Assembly: GCA_944392275.1 (NCBI GenBank)
Contig: CALXWA010000001.1
Location: 4,737-68,736 of the forward strand
DNA from: an uncultured Alphaproteobacteria bacterium
GTDB lineage: Bacteria > Pseudomonadota > Alphaproteobacteria > RF32 > CAG-239
Direction of reading: 5' to 3'
Length of the DNA: 64,000 nt
Of the stretch, positions 19,229 to 28,708 are shown in pieces; the first letter of the stretch is position 1; every line of letters begins with the position of its first letter. The notes beneath the pieces are model-generated. The model was not told the origin of the DNA. It worked only from the letters and a program-made list of their open reading frames with translations, and did no database searches. The translations under genes were made by a program, and so were the position numbers.

Positions 19229-20305
19229 TTATTCATCTTTATCAATAATCCCGCCACCCAAAACCAGACCATCTTGGTAAAAGACAACAGATTGTCCGGG
19301 AGCCAGAGCTTTTTGCAAATTTTCAAACTCAACTTTAACAGAACCGTCCTCCATTGGGGTAACCAAAACCTCAGTCGGCTGTTGCGTTGACCGAACTTTT
19401 GCCAAACACCGAAACGGAGCCTCTGGCCTAGGGACAGAAAGCCAACAGAGATGATCTGTGGTTAAAGATTTTCGTAGAGAATCATCATCAAAACCTAAAA
19501 CAACTTCATTTTTCTCAACATTAAAACCAATCACATAAAGAGGTTTTTCGGCAGAAATCCCCATGCCGCGGCGTTGCCCGATGGTAAAGTTCCAAATCCC
19601 GTTGTGCTGGCCTAAAATTTTACCTTCTTTGGTAACAAAATTTCCCGGTTGGGGTGGAACTTGTAAAATATCATTGACACTTCCGCTGTAAAAATCTTGG
19701 CTGTCCGGTTTTGTGGCAACTTCTAACCCGGCTTCAAGAGCAATGTCTCGAATTTGGGCTTTGTCATAATCTCCCAACGGCATCAAAACTTGCGATAACT
19801 GTTCCTGACTAAGACGGTACAAAAAATAAGATTGGTCTTTTTTGGGGTCGGCTCCGCAACCAAGCTGCCACCGATTTACTTTTTCATTAAAGCAAACACG
19901 GGCATAATGTCCGGTTACAAATTTATCAAACACCAATCCGTTGAGCCGAGCCGTTTGCGGCAAAGCATCAAATTTAATGGTGGAATTGCAAATAACACAA
20001 GGGTTAGGTGTTCTACCGGATAAATATTCTTGCTTAAAATTGCTAAGAACGATTTTGCGATAGGATTCGGAACAATCAAAGACATAATATTCAATCCCGA
20101 GTTGTTGGCAAATATGCCTAGCGGCTTTAATATCCTCTTCTTGATGAGGACTGAAACATCCGCTGTTCCCCGTAATGTTTTTAAAATCATTTTGCTTATC
20201 CCAGATGGACATCGTAGCCCCGATGACCTCATGTCCGGCTTTTTTTAACAAATAAGCGGCAACGGAAGAATCAACTCCGCCGCTCATTCCGACAAGTACT
20301 TTCAT
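19229..20305 (-). CDS. mnmA: tRNA 2-thiouridine(34) synthase MnmA
   Basis: PP-loop MKVLVGMSGGVDSSVAAYLL and the overall MnmA architecture. Confidence 0.85.
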   Translation of the reverse strand: MKVLVGMSGGVDSSVAAYLLKKAGHEVIGATMSIWDKQNDFKNITGNSGCFSPHQEEDIKAARHICQQLGIEYYVFDCSESYRKIVLSNFKQEYLSGRTPNPCVICNSTIKFDALPQTARLNGLVFDKFVTGHYARVCFNEKVNRWQLGCGADPKKDQSYFLYRLSQEQLSQVLMPLGDYDKAQIRDIALEAGLEVATKPDSQDFYSGSVNDILQVPPQPGNFVTKEGKILGQHNGIWNFTIGQRRGMGISAEKPLYVIGFNVEKNEVVLGFDDDSLRKSLTTDHLCWLSVPRPEAPFRCLAKVRSTQQPTEVLVTPMEDGSVKVEFENLQKALAPGQSVVFYQDGLVLGGGIIDKDE

Positions 20306-20483
20306 TTTTCCCTCTAAGTGAAATGGTAATTTTTTTTCACAAAGAAACTTAAAAATTCAAAGTTCTTAATTTCTTTGACATCACAGCATAAAACAAAAAA
20401 TTTTTAAGTTAAAGCAAAAAGAGATTTTATGTTTGACTTATTGTGCCAATTGATTAAATTAAAACCAAAAAAAGGAAAGAAAA

Positions 20484-21134
20484 ATGAAAGTTTTCGGGGC
20501 GTTATTAACATTGTTTTGCCTGAGTGCCTGTGTGTGGTGTTCTCCGGAATGTCCGTCCGTACCTTCATTAGAAGGGCCGACACCGGAAAAAGCCATAAAG
20601 GTCTCCGTCAAAAAAAAGTTTAACGAATACACCTTAGGCGGAAATTTCAGCAAAATATACACGGATTTTCTGATTGCAGAATTAAAAAAGCAAGATTCTT
20701 TAATCTATGTTGAGCAAACAAAAGATGCCGATTTTGAAATCGATTTGCATGCCTATGGCTCTTACCAACCCAAAGAACGCCAGTTTTGCAATTATGTTGC
20801 AATCTTAAGTGTCGGCTTAATTCCTTGTTGGGATAACAACACGTTGTTTTTCAATATTGATATCACAGACAAAAAAAGTGGGTTAACCGAAGGGTTTACT
20901 TGGCAGCAAGACACGGTCAAAATGTTTCATCTGTTTGCTCTGATGCCCCGTTACCTCAACCCGGAGGTCTATTCGGAAACAGCCGTACAAAAAAGAATAA
21001 CCACGCAACTTCTCAAACAAATCCAAGATTATGTTTATGATATCAACAAAAATGAGGACGGCATTATTGCCGGAGAACAAAGTGTGGAAACTTTATCTTC
21101 TGCCGCTCCGATAGAGGCCGTTATTAAAGAATAA
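20484..21134 (+). CDS. Hypothetical lipoprotein
   Basis: Lipoprotein signal LTLFCLSACVWC. No other motif. Confidence 0.4.
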   Translation: MKVFGALLTLFCLSACVWCSPECPSVPSLEGPTPEKAIKVSVKKKFNEYTLGGNFSKIYTDFLIAELKKQDSLIYVEQTKDADFEIDLHAYGSYQPKERQFCNYVAILSVGLIPCWDNNTLFFNIDITDKKSGLTEGFTWQQDTVKMFHLFALMPRYLNPEVYSETAVQKRITTQLLKQIQDYVYDINKNEDGIIAGEQSVETLSSAAPIEAVIKE

Positions 21135-21143
21135 GAGGCCATA

Positions 21144-21617
21144 ATGGAAGTTAAAACAAATGTTATGCGGATTTTAGATAAGCATAAAATCACCTATCGG
21201 CATTATAGCTATGATGCTACCCAGGCCATTAACGGGGAGGAGGTCGCATCGGCTTTGGGCCAAAATCCGGCACAGGTTTTCAAAACCTTGGTAACCATGA
21301 GCAAATCAAGACATTACTACGTTTTTATGCTCCCGGTTAATCAAGAGTTAGATTTGAAAAAAGCGGCCGCCGCCGTTGGGGAAAAAGCCGTTGATATGCT
21401 AAAATCTAAAGAACTTCTTCCGACAACCGGTTATATTCACGGAGGCTGTTCCCCGATTGGGATGAAAAAATTTTTCAAAACGGTTATTGATATCTCCGCC
21501 CAAAACTTTCCAACCATAATTTTCAGTGCCGGAAAAATCGGTTATCAGGTTGAAACCTCTCTTGATGCTTTGGCAAAAGTAATTACATATAGTTTAGAAG
21601 ATATTGTCGCCAAATAA
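21144..21617 (+). CDS. ybaK: Cys-tRNA(Pro)/Cys-tRNA(Cys) deacylase YbaK
   Basis: YbaK/EbsC family length and blocks (VFKTLV...YVFMLPVNQELDLKK, GGCSPIGMKK). Confidence 0.7.
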   Translation: MEVKTNVMRILDKHKITYRHYSYDATQAINGEEVASALGQNPAQVFKTLVTMSKSRHYYVFMLPVNQELDLKKAAAAVGEKAVDMLKSKELLPTTGYIHGGCSPIGMKKFFKTVIDISAQNFPTIIFSAGKIGYQVETSLDALAKVITYSLEDIVAK

Positions 21618-21632
21618 ATCAGGGATAACGAA

Positions 21633-22103
21633 ATGTTTACAAATTTTTTTACCACAGCAAAAGAAGAAAGCCGCTGGTTTTTGCTTGATGAAAGAATACG
21701 CTTTATCATTGTCGGTATGGGCAACACGCTTATTCGCTACCTCATTTTTGTTGCCATGGGAATAGCTTTGAGTATCAGTCATTATCAATTTATTTTAGCT
21801 TCTTCATGGGTTCTATCGTCGGTAACAGCCTTTTTTGCTTACAAAATTTTTGTTTTTAAAACCAAAGGCAATCACTGGAAAGAATACGGAAAATCGTTAC
21901 TCATATGGTCTTTAAGCTATCTGATAAATGCCGGTATATTAGAGCTGTTGGTTAAAGGTGTTGCTCTAAATCCGTATTTGTCCCAAGCAATAGCCATTCT
22001 TTTGATTACAGTTGTAAATTACCTTTTGTTTAAGCATTTTGCGTTTCGTCAACAAAAGAAACAAACCTTTTGGGAACGTCTTTACAATATTGTTGATCAA
22101 TAA
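21633..22103 (+). CDS. GtrA-family membrane protein
   Basis: Four transmembrane helices and the GtrA-like RFIIVGMGNTLIRYLIF N-terminal helix. Confidence 0.45.
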   Translation: MFTNFFTTAKEESRWFLLDERIRFIIVGMGNTLIRYLIFVAMGIALSISHYQFILASSWVLSSVTAFFAYKIFVFKTKGNHWKEYGKSLLIWSLSYLINAGILELLVKGVALNPYLSQAIAILLITVVNYLLFKHFAFRQQKKQTFWERLYNIVDQ

Positions 22104-22180
22104 AATACAAACATCAAATTGACAAAACAAAGAGAGCTCTTTACACTTGCCTTATAAAGGAAAAACAAAAAGAGGTACTC

Positions 22181-22669
22181 ATGAGTAAAGAATATAGTCA
22201 ACAAGACATAAAGGCCATGCAAGAAGCCATCAAGATGTCTTCTGTTTCCATAGAGGGAAAGGAGCTTTTAGGCGGACCATTTGGGGCCGTTATCTATAAA
22301 GACGGACAGCTAATAGCCAAAGGGTGCAACCATGTGCTGCACGATAATGATCCGTCGGCTCATGCCGAAGTTTATACGATTCGCCAAGCCTGCAGCCACT
22401 TAAAAACATGGGATTTGTCAGGATGTGTTTTGTATACGAGTTGTGAGCCATGCCCAATGTGCCTCATGACAGCCAAATGGGCAAATATTCAGCAAATATA
22501 TTTTGCCGCAACCCGTAAAGACGCGGCAGAAATAGGCTTTCGAGATGATGCTTTGTATGAGCTTTTAAAAACAGGCGTTTACGGAACGGCCATAGAAGAG
22601 TGTCGGGACGAAGCCCGTGAAGTCATGCAGCGGTGGTATGCCAAGTTTCAGGAACAAGGGAAATATTAA
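22181..22669 (+). CDS. Nucleoside/nucleotide deaminase (CDA fold; guanine or tRNA-adenosine deaminase-like)
   Basis: Zinc-ligand motifs HAEVYTIRQA and CEPCPMC. Confidence 0.7.
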   Translation: MSKEYSQQDIKAMQEAIKMSSVSIEGKELLGGPFGAVIYKDGQLIAKGCNHVLHDNDPSAHAEVYTIRQACSHLKTWDLSGCVLYTSCEPCPMCLMTAKWANIQQIYFAATRKDAAEIGFRDDALYELLKTGVYGTAIEECRDEAREVMQRWYAKFQEQGKY

Positions 22670-22674
22670 AGATG

Positions 22675-22706
22675 AAAAACTCCGTCAATTGATGGAGTTT
22701 TTTTTC
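22675..22706 (+). terminator. Intrinsic terminator after the deaminase gene
   Basis: AACTCC-GTCAATTGAT-GGAGTT hairpin followed by TTTTTTTT. Confidence 0.55.
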
Positions 22707-22788
22707 AAAGATGAAGGTAAAAGCTATTTTATTTGGTAGAGTTCAAAGAACAAAAAAGCGGAAGTTATAACAACTTCCGCCTTTTAAC

Positions 22789-22864
22789 TGGTGAGCGCGC
22801 CGGGATTCGAACCCGGGACCCTTTGATTAAAAGTCAAATGCTCTACCGACTGAGCTACGCACCC
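22789..22864 (-). tRNA. tRNA-Lys (anticodon UUU)
   Basis: Reverse complement folds as a cloverleaf: GGGTGCG acceptor, GCTC/GAGC D-arm, anticodon arm TTTGA-CTTTTAA-TCAAA, TTCGAAT T-loop, and an encoded CCA. Confidence 0.85.
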
Positions 22865-23030
22865 TCATTACTGGGCAAATGTATAATCTATAAAAAACAC
22901 ATAGTCAATAAAAAAATTAAAAAAAAAGAAAAAAATAAAAATGTCTAATATTTGTAGTATATTTATTAATAAATTCATGTTAAAATAACCGCAGAATTGA
23001 AAAACAAGCTTTGTAATTTGGGGTAAAATT

Positions 23031-23339
23031 ATGAGTAAAACAGGACAGGAAGGCAAATATAACATCTTACAAAATGAGGCCGGAGAGATATTAGTGATCA
23101 TTGATCAACGGCGTGGAGGGCCTGAAAATCCACGTTTTGTGTATGATGGAGGGGAAAGAGCTCTTCTTTACCGGAGTCGTGAAAGTGCGGTCTTTTTAAA
23201 TTCAATTGCCGTAGGAGCTCGCGGTCCGTTAAAATCAGTCGATGAGATATCCGTTGCAGAAGTTGATGGAGATGAAGTTGCCAGAGAGTACGTTGTCCCG
23301 GTCAGAATTGTTAAAAGTCTGAGTGCTTTAACACAATAA
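23031..23339 (+). CDS. Small hypothetical protein (paralog of 45089..45439)
   Basis: Shared motif EAGEIlvi...P..PR(f/i)(V/I)YDGgE(R/H)A(L/I)(L/F)LR with the 116-aa ORF at 45089. Followed by a terminator at 23370-23396. Confidence 0.4.
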   Translation: MSKTGQEGKYNILQNEAGEILVIIDQRRGGPENPRFVYDGGERALLYRSRESAVFLNSIAVGARGPLKSVDEISVAEVDGDEVAREYVVPVRIVKSLSALTQ

Positions 23340-23431
23340 TTATACACATAAACGGCTTGATAGAACTAATAAGGGCTTTAAAAGCCCTTATTTTTTGTTA
23401 TATTGGCAACCAATAGGCCTGTTGAAAGTAT

Positions 23432-25105
23432 TTGCAAATGATTTTACAGCTTTTTACCGTATTGTTAAGTTTATCCATCTTGTCCTTATTGTTCAAAAAA
23501 CGTCGGTACTTAAGAATATTTGAATTCTGCTTTTTTGTAACAATGGGGCTTTTGTGTTTTTATATCTGGAACAATCCTCTTAGCAAGCAAATATCACAAG
23601 ACTTAATCCCATGGCTTCCCTATGAAGGATTTAAGGCAAACCTTAATCTGTCATCTTCGGCAGAATTATGGTCCTTGATGTTTATTTTAACGGGAATGGC
23701 CACATTTGTTTTGGGCTTTAATTTTATGCTTCATACAGAAAAAAGGTATTCCCCGTTTTCCTCAATAGTGTTTATGAACTTGGCTTTTGCAATTCTTTTA
23801 TATAACAGTCAAGATTTTCTACAGTTGATGGCCGGCAGTTTCGGCATGACATTGTTGAGTTTTTATGGAATTGAAAACGCTCAAATTCGGACCAAATCGC
23901 TATATTATGGCTTTTTTACCGAGATGTGCCTGTTTAGTGCCTTAGCCATTGTTTTTAGCCGTCTGGATAATATTAATCTCAGTTCTTTGCAAGGTTTTAG
24001 CCAAAAGGGATACCATCGGGATTTGATAGCGATTCTGGTTCTGCTAACGGTTTTTGGCAAAGCCGGACTGATTTTGTTTCAAAACAAATTACTGGACATG
24101 AAAAAATTACCCTTTAGCCGGATTATGAACATTTGTTTTTTGGGAAATATTATCGGTTCGGTGATTTTGTTTGTAAAGCTTCAGCCTTTATGGCAAGCCT
24201 CAAAACTTTCAGAAATCATTATCCCGGCAATGTTGGGACTTTCATTGTTTTGGGGATTCTTTGGAGCGTTGATTATAGACAACATAAAAGCCAAGGCTCT
24301 GTATTTGAACCTGATGCTCTATAGCTTGGTATTTATGTTATTATACCACAACGGCGGTCACTGGGATGAAAGGGTGTTTTATCTTTTTCCGCTGGGAATG
24401 TTGCTCAATTTTTTGTTGGCAATACCGGTTATCTTTGCCTCAAATGAAGTCTATGTCTCTGAGATGGGCGGTTTTGCCAAGTATATGAAACGAAATTACC
24501 TGCTCACAATATTTGCCTGCCTTTGTTGGATGGTTTTCCTAAACCAAATCCGCCCGCAAGGGGAAGAAAACTACATTTATATCTATGAAGGTTTGGTTTT
24601 AACGGCTTTGGCCCATATTTTATACCGCATTTATTGGGGAAAAGAAAATTCCGGAGCTTATGTTATTGCGTTGCTGACAAATATGTCTACTCCGATTTGG
24701 GCTATTCTGATGCTAGGACTCGGATTCGGACTATGGCAATGCGGGGCGGAAACACCTTTGTTGATTTATGGCCTTTATGGGCTTTGGTTAGTCTTGAGTT
24801 GTCTTGGCATCTTTAGATTCCTGGAGCCGTTGGATGAAATGGAAATAATCCAAGATACGGACTTTTTTAAGGGCTTGTACCATTACGTGATTGTGGCTCC
24901 GATAAGTTTATTGGGCCGGATTTTATGGTTGAGTATTGACTTTTTGATTATTGAAAGGAGTGTCATCGGCGGTATTTCCGAAATGACAACCTTAGCGATT
25001 CGCGGATTGCAACGCATCCAAAACACCACTTGGCTCAATTATTTATTCATGCTTTTGGTTGGTTTAGCCATTATTCTTTTAGGGATAGGAAATTGTCATG
25101 ACTAG
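23432..25105 (+). CDS. Polytopic membrane protein, possible NuoL-like antiporter-family subunit (very divergent)
   Basis: About 16 hydrophobic helices over 557 aa. Sits first in an L-M-N-like tandem directly upstream of birA. Canonical NuoL motifs are not recognisable by eye. Confidence 0.3.
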   Translation: MQMILQLFTVLLSLSILSLLFKKRRYLRIFEFCFFVTMGLLCFYIWNNPLSKQISQDLIPWLPYEGFKANLNLSSSAELWSLMFILTGMATFVLGFNFMLHTEKRYSPFSSIVFMNLAFAILLYNSQDFLQLMAGSFGMTLLSFYGIENAQIRTKSLYYGFFTEMCLFSALAIVFSRLDNINLSSLQGFSQKGYHRDLIAILVLLTVFGKAGLILFQNKLLDMKKLPFSRIMNICFLGNIIGSVILFVKLQPLWQASKLSEIIIPAMLGLSLFWGFFGALIIDNIKAKALYLNLMLYSLVFMLLYHNGGHWDERVFYLFPLGMLLNFLLAIPVIFASNEVYVSEMGGFAKYMKRNYLLTIFACLCWMVFLNQIRPQGEENYIYIYEGLVLTALAHILYRIYWGKENSGAYVIALLTNMSTPIWAILMLGLGFGLWQCGAETPLLIYGLYGLWLVLSCLGIFRFLEPLDEMEIIQDTDFFKGLYHYVIVAPISLLGRILWLSIDFLIIERSVIGGISEMTTLAIRGLQRIQNTTWLNYLFMLLVGLAIILLGIGNCHD

Positions 25106-26525
25106 TCCGTTTGCCTTATTGTCTCTTATTATTGCTTTGCCGTTTTTGGGAATGCTGTTTGTCTTAACGGCAAAAGATGAAGAAAATACCGGCAAAAATG
25201 CCTTAAATGTCTGTATCTTTACGGTTTTGGCCAACATAACGCTAATCTGGCGTGTCTTTATGCTCATTGATGATAAAAAAACAACATTACAGCTGTTTGA
25301 ATATTTGAAATGGCTGCCGCGACCGCAAATTGATATTACACTGGCGGTCGATGTCTTTTCTTTGTTGTTGATTTTGGCAGTTCATTTAGCAATTTTAATT
25401 GGTTTGGTCGGGGTCAAAAACAATACGGTAAAACAAAAATCTCAAATGGTCTTTACCTTGTTATTTTTAAGCATGATAACCGGATTTTTTGTAGCGGAAG
25501 ATATTTTTTCTTTTTATATCTTTTTTGAGGCGATGCTCCTTCCGTTGTTTATGTTGTTGGGAATATCGGGGGGAATAAAACGTCAAGAACTTATTTATCG
25601 TTTTTTTCTGTATAATTTTTTTGGTGCTTTAATTTTGTTTGCCGCAACCATGACGTTGTATCATTATTACGGAACCATGACATTGCAACAGCTGCAAAAT
25701 CTAAAAATTAAAGACGAGATCGAATTTTATGTTTGGGGAGCAATCTTTATTTCCTTCTTATCTCGGATACCAATCTGGCCGTTCCACTACTGGATATCTT
25801 CCATAAATTCGGGGATTCGCAATCCATTGGTCTTTATCATTTGTTCGGTTATGCCGCTAACGGGCATTTATGCGTTTATCCGTTTTCTTCCATCGGTAAG
25901 CAGCCTTCCGGTAGAACTTTATTCAACATGGGTCAGCATTATCGGTATTATTACCATGCTCTTTATTTCTTTAATCGGGTTTATCAACAAAGATTCGCAG
26001 TACAAGATCTTTTCTTATATAACCGTGTGTTATATCCTGTATTTAATTGGGGTTTATACCTTAGATGAATTGATATTGCTTAATATTGGGTATTCGGCAT
26101 TTAGCTTTATTATTATTTTTGCCGCATTAGAAATTTTATCAGATTACATCTACCGCAAAGAAGACCAATACGGGAGTGGTACACTGGGGGCATTATGTAA
26201 GGTAAAAAGGCTCTCATTTGCTTATTCTTACTTGACCATTGCCGCCGTAGGAATGCCGTTATCCGCAGTCTTTATTAATAATTTTTTGATTCTTTCCAAA
26301 TTGTTAGAAACCAACCTCAGAATGGGAATGTTATTAATCGGAACCCTCTTTATGGTAGGGATAACCTTGCTACAAGAGCTGCATCGCCTAAAGACGGAAA
26401 ATTCTTCTTGTCGGATGAAAAAAGAAGATGATATTTCTCTTGCACTGTTTGCGTTTATGCTGGCGATAATGTTTATTTTATTTATGTCGTTTATCCGTCC
26501 GTTATGGTTTGTGCTAGATGCCTAG
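25098..26525 (+). CDS. NuoM/NuoN-family (complex I antiporter-like) membrane protein, divergent
   Basis: FYIFFEAMLLPLFMLLGISGG...YRFFLYNFFGALILFAATMTLYHYYGTMTL aligns with the NuoM N-terminal helices. The core block IPIWPFHYWISSINSGIRNP...TGIYAFIRF keeps the fold but lacks the canonical WLPDAHVEAPT residues. Confidence 0.5.
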   Translation: MTSPFALLSLIIALPFLGMLFVLTAKDEENTGKNALNVCIFTVLANITLIWRVFMLIDDKKTTLQLFEYLKWLPRPQIDITLAVDVFSLLLILAVHLAILIGLVGVKNNTVKQKSQMVFTLLFLSMITGFFVAEDIFSFYIFFEAMLLPLFMLLGISGGIKRQELIYRFFLYNFFGALILFAATMTLYHYYGTMTLQQLQNLKIKDEIEFYVWGAIFISFLSRIPIWPFHYWISSINSGIRNPLVFIICSVMPLTGIYAFIRFLPSVSSLPVELYSTWVSIIGIITMLFISLIGFINKDSQYKIFSYITVCYILYLIGVYTLDELILLNIGYSAFSFIIIFAALEILSDYIYRKEDQYGSGTLGALCKVKRLSFAYSYLTIAAVGMPLSAVFINNFLILSKLLETNLRMGMLLIGTLFMVGITLLQELHRLKTENSSCRMKKEDDISLALFAFMLAIMFILFMSFIRPLWFVLDA

Positions 26526-26535
26526 GAGTTAAAAA

Positions 26536-27963
26536 ATGTTTTTACAAAACTGGTTATTTTTATTACCCGAGTTATCCATCATAGGGGGAATTATTGTCAG
26601 TATAATGCTTCAGGCTTTGCGGAGTGAAAACACGCCGAAAACTTTTTTTACCGTTAGTAAATACAGTTTACTTGTGGCATTATTGTCCACCATAATCTTT
26701 TATAACAAAAGTGCTTTTCCGGCTCTGTGGCACAATACATATTACACCACTTTATTCAAAACGGTGTTGTTGTTTGTTGCGTTAAGCTGGTTTTATGTTT
26801 CCTCCAAGTGGTTCTTAGGCAAAAATAAATCTTCTTTTGACTTTTATACCTTAGCCATGACGGAAGTTTTGTTGCTGGAGCTGTTAATTTCGGCTCAACA
26901 TCTGTTATTGGCAATTATTTTAATGATAGGGGTTTGTTGGTTAACCGGACGTTTGTTAAGGCTTTATCAAGATCAAGAAGAAATTGCGGAACTAACAAAA
27001 CTATACGGCTTTTTTACAATCATTTTCAGCCTCTTGTTTTTAGGGGGATATTATATCTTATATCAAGAAGTTTTGAGCGGAGATTTATTGACCATTTCAC
27101 ATTACTTAGAACAGGCAACTCCACACCGTTATGAAACATATTTTGCCGTTGGAATGATTATAAGCGGCATGTTGTTTTTGTTGGCTCTGGCTCCGTTCCA
27201 TTCCTGTTTTGTCGCGATTGTATCAACGGCAATTTTACCGGTCAGCGGATTTGTGTCTTTGGTTCCGGTATTGGCCTATTGGGGATTTTTCTTGCCCTTG
27301 ATATTAAAAACATTTGCCCCGTTCCAATCCCTAATAACCGTAATACTCGTCTCCTTTTCGGGAATATCCTTGTTTATTGGAGCTTTTTCAGCCAATGGGG
27401 CTACCAATCTTCGCCGTTTATTTGCCTACAGCACGGTTTATCATATGGGGTTTATGGTTTTAGGCGTCTTAAGTTATAATAACGCTTCTTTATTAGCCGT
27501 ATTTGTTTATCTTTTGGTTTTTATAATGGCTATGTTTGGAATTTACAGCGGTTTTATGGGTTTTAAAAGTCGGGGAGAATATTTGGTAGATTTAGAGGAT
27601 ATCCGCGGAGCATCAAACGCCCGTCCTTATATATCGGCAGCGTTTTTGGTCTTTATGTTTTCCTTAATCGGTATGCCGCCGATGAGTGGTTTCTTGGGCC
27701 TGATATCCATCATTAATAATTTGATAAGCTCTCACGGATGGTTGATGCTGGGTATGGTCTTGTTGTCCTTGCTTTTAATGTCCAACGCCTATCTTCAGCT
27801 TATCCGCAAAATTTATTTTGAACCGCAAAATTTATCTTTTGACCGTACCGACAAAGCAATTTATATTTGCCTTTTGGTTAATATAATATTAGTTGCCACA
27901 ACCATGATAAATCCGTCTTTTTTATTTAAGGATGCGGCAAAAGTTTTGAGTGGAGGATTTTAA
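26536..27963 (+). CDS. NuoN-like antiporter-family membrane protein, divergent
   Basis: Third member of the tandem. Similar helix pattern (LAPFHSCFVAIVSTAILPVSGFVSLVPVLAYWGF). Its stop abuts the birA start. Confidence 0.45.
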   Translation: MFLQNWLFLLPELSIIGGIIVSIMLQALRSENTPKTFFTVSKYSLLVALLSTIIFYNKSAFPALWHNTYYTTLFKTVLLFVALSWFYVSSKWFLGKNKSSFDFYTLAMTEVLLLELLISAQHLLLAIILMIGVCWLTGRLLRLYQDQEEIAELTKLYGFFTIIFSLLFLGGYYILYQEVLSGDLLTISHYLEQATPHRYETYFAVGMIISGMLFLLALAPFHSCFVAIVSTAILPVSGFVSLVPVLAYWGFFLPLILKTFAPFQSLITVILVSFSGISLFIGAFSANGATNLRRLFAYSTVYHMGFMVLGVLSYNNASLLAVFVYLLVFIMAMFGIYSGFMGFKSRGEYLVDLEDIRGASNARPYISAAFLVFMFSLIGMPPMSGFLGLISIINNLISSHGWLMLGMVLLSLLLMSNAYLQLIRKIYFEPQNLSFDRTDKAIYICLLVNIILVATTMINPSFLFKDAAKVLSGGF

Positions 27964-28692
27964 ATGCCGGAGAGAATAGATAATTGGTGGTGGCAAGATT
28001 TTGCAACACTTGGCAGTACAAATGACAAAGCCATAGAACTAAGCTCAAACCCTCCGGCACCGTTTTTTGTGGTAACGGCGGCAGAACAAACAAAAGGACG
28101 AGGGCGACGCGGCCGAGAATGGCAAGGCTATAGCGGAAACTTGTTTATGTCGTTAGCCCTTCCGATAGCAACACAAGATTGGGGGCAGTTGGTTTTTGTG
28201 GTCTCTTTGAGCTTGCTTGAAACCATTAAGTTTTTTGAGGAAGGGGCACAGGTCTGTCTTAAGTGGCCAAATGATGTTTTGCTGAATGATTGTAAAATTT
28301 CGGGGATTCTGCTTGAAAAAGGGAGCGGAGAGTATATAATCATCGGCATTGGTGTTAATCTGACAGCAGCTCCGCAAAAGCTAGAGGCCGTTTTGTATCG
28401 GGCAACATCTTTGGCAGCAGAGGGCATAAACGTTAATCGGATTGATTTTTTGTGTGCTTATCTGAAACATTTTACCAAAAATGTATCTTTATGGAAGACG
28501 GAAGGCTTTGTAAAAATACAACAGTTGTGGCAACACAACGCCAAAGGTCTTAATGAAGAGATAACCGTCAATATGCCCAAAGAGCAAAAAAAAGGAATTT
28601 TCAGAGGGATCGATGAAAACGGTTTACTGAGATTGGAGCATTCCGGCATGATTGAAAAAATCTCTGCCGGAGACGTATTTTATAAAGAATAA
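27964..28692 (+). CDS. birA: Biotin--[acetyl-CoA-carboxylase] ligase BirA (no DNA-binding domain)
   Basis: GRGRRGREWQ motif and KWPNDVLLNDCKISGILLE. Confidence 0.8.
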   Translation: MPERIDNWWWQDFATLGSTNDKAIELSSNPPAPFFVVTAAEQTKGRGRRGREWQGYSGNLFMSLALPIATQDWGQLVFVVSLSLLETIKFFEEGAQVCLKWPNDVLLNDCKISGILLEKGSGEYIIIGIGVNLTAAPQKLEAVLYRATSLAAEGINVNRIDFLCAYLKHFTKNVSLWKTEGFVKIQQLWQHNAKGLNEEITVNMPKEQKKGIFRGIDENGLLRLEHSGMIEKISAGDVFYKE

Positions 28693-28708
28693 GGAAGAAT
28701 TTTAATCA

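Noticed and set aside
23432-27963. Calling the three membrane genes nuoL/nuoM/nuoN outright
   Set aside because: Only the middle protein shows convincing NuoM-like blocks by eye, and key catalytic-channel residues appear substituted. I kept them as 'NuoL/M/N-like, divergent' and left the gene symbols empty.
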